From Chloroflexota bacterium (GTDB lineage Bacteria; Chloroflexota; Dehalococcoidia; Lucifugimonadales; JADFKI01): DNA of 64,000 bases. This document shows positions 29,603 to 37,386 of this stretch, piece by piece (positions within the stretch are counted from its first letter, which is position 1; each line of letters opens with the position of its first letter). The DNA lies in assembly GCA_027623195.1 (NCBI GenBank), contig JAQBUT010000001.1:32001-96000 (forward strand). The letters run 5' to 3'. The position numbers and the translations under genes were made by a program. Below the pieces are notes generated by a model. That model worked only from the letters and a program-made list of their open reading frames with translations. It did no database searches and was not told the DNA's origin.

Positions 29603-30028
29603 ATGTCCGATTCCATTGAGCAGGCTAAGGCGGCCTTCCACCGATGGAACGCTGCATTCAACGCCCGGGATACGGATGCGATGGTCGCGGAGATGCACTT
29701 CCCGCACAGAAGGCTGAATGGGCAGAACCAGTTTGAGGTATGGGAGAACACTGACGACTTTCGTGCTACTCGCGGCGAGAATATGACGGCATCTCTTAAC
29801 GCCCAGGGATGGGACCACACAGCAACGACCTCCATCGAGGCCGTCCAATCCGGCCCGGACAAGGTGCACCTGGCCATCAATCAGTCCAGACGACGGGCGG
29901 ACGGCACCGAGTACAATGCATTCCCAACCCTCTGGATTTTCACGAAAATCGAAGGACGTTGGGGCGTTCAGTTCCGCTCGTCGTTCTTGTCGGAGCCTGT
30001 GCAGCCCAGTGGGGACGTGTTGGGGTAG
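29603..30028 (+). CDS. NTF2/SnoaL-like protein
   Basis: AFNARD...HFPH, W...RSS; RBS GAGGAGG. Confidence 0.75.
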   Translation: MSDSIEQAKAAFHRWNAAFNARDTDAMVAEMHFPHRRLNGQNQFEVWENTDDFRATRGENMTASLNAQGWDHTATTSIEAVQSGPDKVHLAINQSRRRADGTEYNAFPTLWIFTKIEGRWGVQFRSSFLSEPVQPSGDVLG

Positions 30029-30152
30029 GGGGAAGGCTTCTTGACTAGCATGAAGGCACGTATCGATCAGATACTAAGAGACCTCATGAACTCCAAAGTC
30101 CTAATGGCGATTGAATTACTAATCGTAGCCAAGGCAAACCAGGCAAAGGGTA

Positions 30153-30177
30153 GGGCAATCATTCAGCATGATTGCCC
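30153..30177. terminator. Stem-loop between convergent genes
   Basis: GGGCAATCAT-TCAGC-ATGATTGCCC. Confidence 0.6.
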
Positions 30178-30198
30178 CTAAAAGCTATACACCTAATA

Positions 30199-30951
30199 TC
30201 AGGACGATGTCGTTCTTGGCTGCGGAAGCAGGTGGATTCCGCATTCTTTTGGCACGGAGTCGTCCTCCCACCACCATCTGCCTGCCCGAGCATCCTCGCC
30301 GGGCTGAGTTGGCCGGGTGCAAGGGGCGCAGCCGATGCTTGTGAAGCCCTGGTCGTAAAGCGCGTTATAAGGCACATCGTTGACCCTGATGTACTCCCAC
30401 ACCTGGTCCTCAGTCCAGTCCGCCAGAGGGTTGATCTTCAATATTCCACCGTGCGCGTCATCTCGCTCAACTTTTCCCGCCCCAGACCTGTTGGCGGTAT
30501 GGGAGCGGCGAACGCCGGTAATCCAGGCATCTAAGCCCAGCAGGGCCTTGTTAAGAGGAACCACCTTGCGGGTTTCGCAACAGAGCATTCGCAGGGACTG
30601 GCTCCGGTAGAAAGGGTTGGCTCCGTGCTTGGATACGAACTGAGTCAGTTCCCCAAAATCGGGGTAGTGAACGTCTATTCGGATGCCGTAGCGGTCTCGC
30701 ACTCTATCAATGAGTTCATGAGTTTCCTTGGGCATCCTTCCGGTGTCAATAGTAAAGACTCGGACACCTGGTTCAATACGAGAGGCGATATCCAGTATGA
30801 CCATGCCCTCTGCTTGAAAGCTAGTGCAAATTGATGCGCGCGAGCCGAACCTCTCGAGCGTCCATTTAATGATGTATTCAGCGTCTCTTCCTTCAAAGTC
30901 TTGGGAAAGGTTTTGAACTCCCGCTTCATCCAGGTCCTCCCTGACGGTCAT
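30199..30951 (-). CDS. cysH: APS/PAPS reductase (Fe-S-type, CC...CxxC)
   Basis: IDTGR, CCETRK, WITGVRR, SIGCAPCT, ECGIH. Confidence 0.95.
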   Translation of the reverse strand: MTVREDLDEAGVQNLSQDFEGRDAEYIIKWTLERFGSRASICTSFQAEGMVILDIASRIEPGVRVFTIDTGRMPKETHELIDRVRDRYGIRIDVHYPDFGELTQFVSKHGANPFYRSQSLRMLCCETRKVVPLNKALLGLDAWITGVRRSHTANRSGAGKVERDDAHGGILKINPLADWTEDQVWEYIRVNDVPYNALYDQGFTSIGCAPCTRPTQPGEDARAGRWWWEDDSVPKECGIHLLPQPRTTSS

Positions 30952-30993
30952 CTAGGTCCTCCGGCTGTTATTAAGAAAGCGCAATTTCTGGGC

Positions 30994-31031
30994 AAAAGAA
31001 AAGCCCCTCAAGCGGATTTGCTTGAGGGGCT
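30994..31031 (-). terminator. Intrinsic terminator in the cysH leader (attenuator)
   Basis: AGCCCCTCAAGC-AAATCC-GCTTGAGGGGCT-TTTCTTTT, about 45 nt before the cysH start. Confidence 0.85.
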
Positions 31032-31061
31032 GATTTTCGAACTTACTGAGTCTTTAGTTAG

Positions 31062-31163
31062 CTACACCTGCACACAATGACGCACAGGGGCAACAGAGTC
31101 CGAATCGGTCCCTCCGCTGCGACAACAACATGTACATTTTGTGCTTTGCATTTCATGCATCAT
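31062..31163 (-). CDS. Putative Cys-rich leader peptide MMHEMQSTKCTCCCRSGGTDSDSVAPVRHCVQV
   Basis: 33-codon ORF between promoter and terminator upstream of cysH; an overlapping frame (31058-31156) ends LCVIVCRCS. Confidence 0.6.
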   Translation of the reverse strand: MMHEMQSTKCTCCCRSGGTDSDSVAPVRHCVQV

Positions 31164-31172
31164 ACTTCCCCT

Positions 31173-31201
31173 ATAATATCCAAGCCATAACGATGTGTCA
31201 A
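31173..31201 (-). promoter_or_regulatory. Sigma70 promoter of the cysH leader
   Basis: TTGACA (31201-31196), 17-nt spacer, TATTAT (31178-31173). Confidence 0.75.
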
Positions 31202-31392
31202 CGATTGAAAGCTCAGATTTGCGGGCTGTAGGCAGTATTCATTGACTGCTCTCTTAATTACCACTCAGATCACCCTTCAGGACACCCCATTTGCATGCTA
31301 TTCTCAACCTCGGACGCCTGAGAGTCAGAGGGAACTTCGGGATATTACAAACGACGCAAAATAGAGGACTGTAGGAAGTTGCGGGAGTGACC

Positions 31393-31468
31393 TGGTGGCC
31401 CCAACGGAATTCGAATCCGTGTTTACGGCTTGAAAGGCCGTCGTCCTAGGCCACTAGACGATGGGGCC
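31393..31468 (-). tRNA. tRNA-Glu(TTC)
   Basis: GGCCCCATCGTCTAGTGGCCTAGGAC...CTTTCAA...TTCGAAT...GGGGCCACCA; 76-nt cloverleaf with encoded CCA. Confidence 0.97.
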
Positions 31469-31471
31469 ACT

Positions 31472-31512
31472 AAAAAAGGCCGGGCGCCTCGACGGCGAAT
31501 GCCCGACCTTTT
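31472..31512 (-). terminator. Terminator-like hairpin between argC and tRNA-Glu
   Basis: AAAAGGTCGGGC...GCCCGGCCTTTTTT on the minus strand. Confidence 0.55.
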
Positions 31513-31582
31513 AATTCTACGGGTTATATCGGCTTGCCGCAACAGAACTCACGGCAAAGATTCGGGCCTATTTCGGCGATTG

Positions 31583-32617
31583 TTACGGATACAGGGCCAA
31601 CTGTTGCAGCCCCTCGTCCTCCGGCAAGCCGAACATCAGGTTCATGTTTTGCACAGCCTGTCCGGCCGCGCCCTTTACCAGGTTGTCTATGCAGCTAACG
31701 ACAATCAGGCGGTTGGTGCGAACGTCCACCGTCGGGTATATGACGCAGCTGTTGTTGCCCAGCGTGTGCTTGGTCATGGGCGGAGCATCCACTACCTTGA
31801 CGAAGGTCTCATTCTTATAAAAATCCTTGTAAAGCGCGGTAACCTCAGCCCTGGCGTCCTCGCCCATGGCGATGGCCCCCTCCTTGAGGTTGGCGTAGCA
31901 ACTGGACAGTATGCCCCTGGTCATGGGTATTAGATGCGTCAGGAACGTTATCTTTAACCTGCCGCCGTCGTGTAGCAGATCGAGCTCCTGCTGTATCTCC
32001 GGCAGGTGGCGATGGCCATCCATGGAGTAGGCCATCAGGTTTTCGTTGACCTCTGAGTAGTGGGTCTTTAGCGACAAACCACGTCCTGCTCCCGACACGC
32101 CCGACTTGGCGTCCACGATGATGTCGGGCTCTATGATCCCCGCCTTAACAGCAGGCGCCAGAGCCAGTATCGACGCGGTGGGGTAGCAGCCGGGGTTGGC
32201 CACGAGGTTGGTGGTCTTTACCTCTTCCCGGTGAAGCTCTGTCAGGCCGTAGACAGACTGCTCCATATACTCCGGGCAAGGGTGCGTGATGTTGTACCAG
32301 CTTTCGTACTCGGCCAGGTCCCGCAAGCGAAAGTCGGCGCTGATGTCGATGCCCTTCACTCCTCCGGCCAAGGCCTGCCCCAGGCGTTCGGCGCTGGCGG
32401 CATGTGGCAGGGCGGAGAAGACCACGTCAACACTCTCGGTAACCTCTTCCGTAATAGTCAGGTCTATGTCCGACAGGTGAGGAAAGGCATCGCCGAGCTT
32501 CTGTCCCGCCAAACTTCGGCCAGTAACGGAGGTGATTTCAGCATCAGGGTGTCGTCGGAGAATACGGGCCAGTTCCATGCCTGCATACCCCGTGACGTTG
32601 ATGATACCTACCTTCAA
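31583..32617 (-). CDS. argC: N-acetyl-gamma-glutamyl-phosphate reductase
   Basis: TGYAG, ANPGCYPT, SGVSGAG, DNLVKGAAGQAVQNMN; TTG start after GGAGG. Confidence 0.97.
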   Translation of the reverse strand: MKVGIINVTGYAGMELARILRRHPDAEITSVTGRSLAGQKLGDAFPHLSDIDLTITEEVTESVDVVFSALPHAASAERLGQALAGGVKGIDISADFRLRDLAEYESWYNITHPCPEYMEQSVYGLTELHREEVKTTNLVANPGCYPTASILALAPAVKAGIIEPDIIVDAKSGVSGAGRGLSLKTHYSEVNENLMAYSMDGHRHLPEIQQELDLLHDGGRLKITFLTHLIPMTRGILSSCYANLKEGAIAMGEDARAEVTALYKDFYKNETFVKVVDAPPMTKHTLGNNSCVIYPTVDVRTNRLIVVSCIDNLVKGAAGQAVQNMNLMFGLPEDEGLQQLALYP

Positions 32618-32772
32618 CTCGCTACCTCCTGAAATATTTCGATAACTTCTAGAAATTGTCATCAAGTATAGCGCGGGTCGTTAAGGTGGACAAGGATAGC
32701 TTGGAGTGGTCAAGAAGCGATCTGACATCAATGGCTCGGCGGCTAACGAAAAAACAGGTTAATTCGTCGAGT

Positions 32773-33579
32773 TTAAATACGCTCTTTGCTGGTACTTTTT
32801 GGAGATTTCTTCTTCGCGGCAGGCCTTTTCCTGGCCTTTTGCTTGGCGGCATTGGTGGCGGCACGCTCCATCACCCGTTTGGCGGGGCAGCCCCAGCCCA
32901 TGAGGCACTCGCTGCATTTTGGGCGTTGGGCCCTGCAGATCTGCCGGCCGTGGCGAATGAGGTACATATGGAAGGGGAATACCTCTTCAGGGGCGACCAT
33001 GGGCTCCAAGATATCGTGAGCCCTTTCAGCATTTATCTTTGGGCCGATCAGACCCAGGCGTTGCGACACTCTAAAGATGTGCGTGTCCACCGGCATGGCG
33101 GGCATGCCTAACGAAAAGCATAGGATGATGGCGGCGGTCTTGGGCCCGATGCCGTTGAGCCGTTTCAGCCAGCTCTTGGCATCCTCTAGAGGCATCTCGG
33201 CCAAGAATGACAGGTCGAAATTGCCGAGCTCAGCCTTCAATTGCGTCAAGATATCCTTTATGCGCGGGGCCTTCTGCTTGGCTAGCCCGCCCCTGAGGAT
33301 CGCCTTCTCGATCTCCTCCACGGAGGCGTCGGCCACACCTTCGACGGACTTGAATGTCTTCATCAGGTTGAGGAAGGCCCGCTCGGAGTTCAGGTCCGAG
33401 GTATGCTGCGACAGTATGGTGTATACCAGTTCCTCCGCAGGGCTATAGCGTGGCTGCCACTCCGCCGGCCCGTACTCCGGTGCCATGTACTCCATAACGT
33501 CGTGTGCCGTTATTTTCGGCCTTTTCGCCCGTGGGGTGGAAGGCGGAGCTTCGTCGCCGGTAGACTTGGTAGTGGTCAT
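32773..33579 (-). CDS. nth: Endonuclease III family HhH-GPD glycosylase
   Basis: LSQHT, GIGPKTA, PVDTH, C.AQRPKC..C....C Fe-S motif. Confidence 0.88.
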   Translation of the reverse strand: MTTTKSTGDEAPPSTPRAKRPKITAHDVMEYMAPEYGPAEWQPRYSPAEELVYTILSQHTSDLNSERAFLNLMKTFKSVEGVADASVEEIEKAILRGGLAKQKAPRIKDILTQLKAELGNFDLSFLAEMPLEDAKSWLKRLNGIGPKTAAIILCFSLGMPAMPVDTHIFRVSQRLGLIGPKINAERAHDILEPMVAPEEVFPFHMYLIRHGRQICRAQRPKCSECLMGWGCPAKRVMERAATNAAKQKARKRPAAKKKSPKSTSKERI

Positions 33580-33588
33580 GAACGCGTT

Positions 33589-34659
33589 CTATCCCTTGCC
33601 CAGAGCGCTGATGATGGCATTACTTACCTGCGACGTGCTGGACGAGCCACCCAGATCCGGAGTTGTTATCTCCCCCTGCTCAAGGATAAATAGTACCGCC
33701 TTATCTATTGTCGCTGCGGCGTCATCGTGACCCAGGTGGCGCAGCATCATCGCCGCCGAAAGCACAGCCGCCATGGGATTGGCGATTCCTTTGCCTGCTA
33801 TATCAGGGGCGGTGCCGTGCACAGGCTCGAACATGGACGGGAAGCGACGTTCGGGGTCGATGTTGGCGCTGGCGGCAAGCCCTATGCTGCCCGTGATTAT
33901 CGCGCCGATGTCCGTGAGGATGTCTCCGAACAGGTTGCTGCCTACCACAACATCGAAGCTCTCGGGGCGTCGCACGAAGTCCATGCAGGCGGCGTCGATG
34001 AGCAGTGAATTGGTTGTGACGTCGGGGTAGTTCTTGGCAACGCTCTGGAAGGTCCGGTCCCACAACACCATGCCGTATCCCAGCGCGTTGGACTTGGTGA
34101 TGGAGGTCAGGTGCTTCCGCTTGTTACGCTTGCGGGCGGTCTCGAAGGCATAGGTGATGACGCGTTCGCAGCCCTTACGGGTGAATACGCCGGACTGCAC
34201 CGCAATCTCGTCCGAGGTGCCAGGATAAAGGAAGCCGCCTACGTCAGCGTATTCGCCTTCGGTGTTTTCACGGATGCACATCATGTCGATGTCATAAGGC
34301 TTCTTGCCGCTCAGGGGTGAGGTGATGCCCGGGTATAGCACGCTGGGGCGCTCGTTGACGTACTGGTCGAAGGAGCGTCGGATGGGCAGGAGCAGACCGC
34401 TCAACGTAATGTGGTCCTGAACGTCTGGGTGTCCCACGGCCCCTAAGAACACTGCCTCGTGCTCAGCCATCAGGTCCAGACCGTCGGACGGCATCATCTC
34501 GCCATGTTCGAAGTAGTAGTCAGTTCCCCACGGGTATTCGGTGAAATTCAAGGTAAAGTCATGCTCTTGCGCCACGGCTTCCAACACTCGAATAGCCTCT
34601 TCGATAACCTCTATGCCTATGCCATCGCCACGTATTACGGCCACCTTATGTTCGGGCAT
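33589..34659 (-). CDS. Tartrate/D-malate dehydrogenase (IDH/IPMDH family)
   Basis: GDGIG.EV, RENTEGEY, TKSN, SNLFGDILTD, FEPVHG. Confidence 0.88.
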   Translation of the reverse strand: MPEHKVAVIRGDGIGIEVIEEAIRVLEAVAQEHDFTLNFTEYPWGTDYYFEHGEMMPSDGLDLMAEHEAVFLGAVGHPDVQDHITLSGLLLPIRRSFDQYVNERPSVLYPGITSPLSGKKPYDIDMMCIRENTEGEYADVGGFLYPGTSDEIAVQSGVFTRKGCERVITYAFETARKRNKRKHLTSITKSNALGYGMVLWDRTFQSVAKNYPDVTTNSLLIDAACMDFVRRPESFDVVVGSNLFGDILTDIGAIITGSIGLAASANIDPERRFPSMFEPVHGTAPDIAGKGIANPMAAVLSAAMMLRHLGHDDAAATIDKAVLFILEQGEITTPDLGGSSSTSQVSNAIISALGKG

Positions 34660-34701
34660 TCCTTACTCTAATCCTCCGTAAACAAGTTGATCGATATGAT
34701 A

Positions 34702-35283
34702 CTACAAACCACCGGATATCATCTCCGCCAGCCATCTCTTGGTAGCCCTTGGAGACTTGAATCTAAGTACGTTCAAGTGAGCGTATTCAGGCTGAGCCAG
34801 GGCAACTGGAATACTCTCGCGCCGCTTCCAATGAGTCTGGATTACCCAGAGGAGCAGCGAATCTTTCCTGAAGAATTGCCGCCAAAGCTTCTCGCGGTTT
34901 CCGTTCCAAAGCTCCTGTCGCAAGATCGCCCTGAGCATGGTGCGCCGGAATACTCGCCAGAAGACGAGATGGAACGAATAATCCAGCCACACCAACGTTG
35001 TGGCCTTTGACCACAAGATATCTCGCGCTACGTGGTAGTTGCCGTCAACGACCCACGCCTCGACCCGCAAAGATTTTTTGACCATTTCCCTGAAGAGGTC
35101 GTCGGGGGTTTGAGTCCAGTTGGGCCCATGATAAAGAGCGTCTAGTTCCAGGTAAAGGATTCCTAGGCCGCCTGCCAGAAATTTCGCAAGCGTGGTCTTT
35201 CCCGCCCCTGATGTGCCGACGACGACAATGCGCCAGGACGAGAGGGAAATGGGGCTGGATTCCTGGGGACCAACATCATGCAT
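34702..35283 (-). CDS. Adenylate kinase-related P-loop protein (FlaR-like)
   Basis: GTSGAGKTT, ELDAL, WVVDGNY, VWLD. Confidence 0.85.
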   Translation of the reverse strand: MHDVGPQESSPISLSSWRIVVVGTSGAGKTTLAKFLAGGLGILYLELDALYHGPNWTQTPDDLFREMVKKSLRVEAWVVDGNYHVARDILWSKATTLVWLDYSFHLVFWRVFRRTMLRAILRQELWNGNREKLWRQFFRKDSLLLWVIQTHWKRRESIPVALAQPEYAHLNVLRFKSPRATKRWLAEMISGGL

Positions 35284-35347
35284 GCGTCAGTTATGCCTTA
35301 ATGGGAACGGGATAACCAATAAGCGCACCACTGACGAGTCTACGCCC

Positions 35348-36817
35348 TCAATCATCAGCTTGCAGCTTGTCGAAGAAGGATGCCAACGCCGCCTCGGCAC
35401 GCGAGTAGTTGTAGGAGGCGAACCGCCGCTGGCGCAACTGCACGATGTCACCGTTGAAGTAACGCTCGTACAGCGTCTGGCGAGAGCCGAACTCCGTTCC
35501 AATAAGGTCCCACGCCAGGCGAAAAAGCTGAATGCGGTCCTTCGCCGCCAGGTCCGCTCCCTGGTAGAACTTTTCAATATCGGCAGACAGCGGCCCCTTT
35601 ACGTCAGCCTCGGAGGGAGTCAGCATCAGGCCGCCAGCGCATAGTTGTTGGATGATTTGCGTCACCCGCTGGTAGGCGTCCGGGTACCAGTGACGCATGG
35701 CGATTAGCGGCTCCGAAGCCAGCCATATGCCCTCACCTAAGCCGCCATCAACCGGCTCCGCGTCGGCCTCAGCGGCCCGGAGAAAGGCGTTGTTGGTAGC
35801 AAGAATATCGATAATTTCCGAAATCTTCTCCCGCACCTGATCGAACCGGCTGATGCCTATGCCTTCGGTAATGCGGCGCACCATGCCCAGAATAAGCTCC
35901 AGCTTCGCCACGTTCTTGACGGCCACCTGCTGCGCGTACTGCCTCCACAGCGTCACCTTCTGAACGGCTTCGTTGCTCAAAGCCACGTCTCGGAATGAAA
36001 ACACCCGGTCCCACGGAATCAGCACGTCATCGAATATGGCCAGGCAGTCCATCTCGTCGTACCGGCCCGACAAGGGGTAATCGTAGAGCGACTTTCCATC
36101 GTCGTAAGCCTGACGGCAAATGAACTTGAGACCAGGCGTGTTCACCGGAATGGAGAAGCCAATGCAGTACGGCTCGTCCTCTGGAGCGTCCTCACGCAAT
36201 GGCCGGTATACGGGAGCGAAGATCTCATCGGAGAAGGGGGCCAGCGTAGCCAAAAGCTTGGCGCCCCGCACGATAACGCCCTCATCGGTAGTATCGACGA
36301 TGCCAACCGCTATGTACGGGTCGGGCAGCTCGCTGATGGCGACGGAGCGGTTGACCTGCGGGTGTCCGAAGGTATGCGTAAGGCACAGGTCGTTCTCGCG
36401 GACGTACTCGTGGTAGGCGACCATGTTGTCACCGAAACGGCTATCGTTTCTGCCATAAAGGTGCGCCATCTGCCGGGCGGCGACCACACATATGTTCACG
36501 TAGTCAGGAGTGCGGCCAAGCATGCCATTGACTGACCCCGCGATGATTTCCAGCGCGTGCTTGCGACGGGCCAGGTCCTCTTGCGAATGAGGGACCATAT
36601 AGGAGAGAGAAACAGGCTCGCCGCTGGTGGGCGAGGTGAAAGTCATCTGGTCGCGCAGGTCGGGGTCGTGCTGCAGGTCGTAAATGGCCGCCACGGTCTG
36701 GGCCATGCGCGCCAGCTTGGGGTGTGTCGTTACGTCATCGACCCGTTCGCCGTCCAGCCACACCTCACGGTCGTCGCGGATGCCTGCCAGGTATTCTTGT
36801 CCTGTGCGAATCGCCAT
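35348..36817 (-). CDS. 4-hydroxyphenylacetate 3-hydroxylase family monooxygenase component
   Basis: RTG.EYL..IRD.REVW, GRTPDY, PQVNRS, GAKLLAT, FGSRQ.LYERY. Confidence 0.92.
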   Translation of the reverse strand: MAIRTGQEYLAGIRDDREVWLDGERVDDVTTHPKLARMAQTVAAIYDLQHDPDLRDQMTFTSPTSGEPVSLSYMVPHSQEDLARRKHALEIIAGSVNGMLGRTPDYVNICVVAARQMAHLYGRNDSRFGDNMVAYHEYVRENDLCLTHTFGHPQVNRSVAISELPDPYIAVGIVDTTDEGVIVRGAKLLATLAPFSDEIFAPVYRPLREDAPEDEPYCIGFSIPVNTPGLKFICRQAYDDGKSLYDYPLSGRYDEMDCLAIFDDVLIPWDRVFSFRDVALSNEAVQKVTLWRQYAQQVAVKNVAKLELILGMVRRITEGIGISRFDQVREKISEIIDILATNNAFLRAAEADAEPVDGGLGEGIWLASEPLIAMRHWYPDAYQRVTQIIQQLCAGGLMLTPSEADVKGPLSADIEKFYQGADLAAKDRIQLFRLAWDLIGTEFGSRQTLYERYFNGDIVQLRQRRFASYNYSRAEAALASFFDKLQADD

Positions 36818-36989
36818 GCTGCGCCCCCTGTCATAGGAATGGCCGCATCGTAGCACGTGGTTTTTTGGATAAGCAATTATTGGCCGATTTGATACGAAAC
36901 GATGCTGCCGTCACCAGGCAGGTGTCACTTCTATTGACTACCCCTGCACCCCGTGATAGCGTAATTTCATAGCTAAACAAGATATTAGA

Positions 36990-37300
36990 AATGCAGTGAA
37001 GGGGAGTAGTAGCGGGCCCGTCGGCTATAGAGAGTCGGGAACTGGTGGAAGCCCGGCGCACGAAATCCCGCGAACTCGCCCTGGAGCAGACGGCCGGAAA
37101 AGCGGTCGGCTATCAGGAATCGGCTATCAGCACACATGCTGACGGCTAGGGGCTGGTAGCTGAAGGCTAAAGTATGGCCCTCCGGTTGGCACCGTTACAG
37201 CTTCCGAGTGCTTCCGACTCGTCGGAAGAACAAGGGTGGTACCGCGGGTCCGCTCTGAATTGAATTTCAGGCCCGTCCCTTATTTGGGGGCGGGCCTTTT
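36990..37300 (+). ncRNA. T-box riboswitch (Leu, specifier CUC)
   Basis: AGAGA and GGTGGAA stem-I motifs; GAA-CTC at 37072-77; T-box AAGGGTGGTACCGCG 37232-46; terminator 37269-37300; upstream of leuS. Confidence 0.93.
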
Positions 37301-37386
37301 GTCGTCCTAGACAGGGGATTTCTGGCCTACATTCAAATCACCAAGAACTAATTACTAAAAACCAATAACTGATTCCGGAGGAATAC

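Noticed and set aside
30050..30181. 43-aa ORF MKARIDQILRDLMNSK...
   Set aside because: No good RBS, and it runs through a terminator stem; may be chance.
31200..31468. tRNA-Glu as an integration site
   Set aside because: No duplicated tRNA 3' end or integrase seen in the window.
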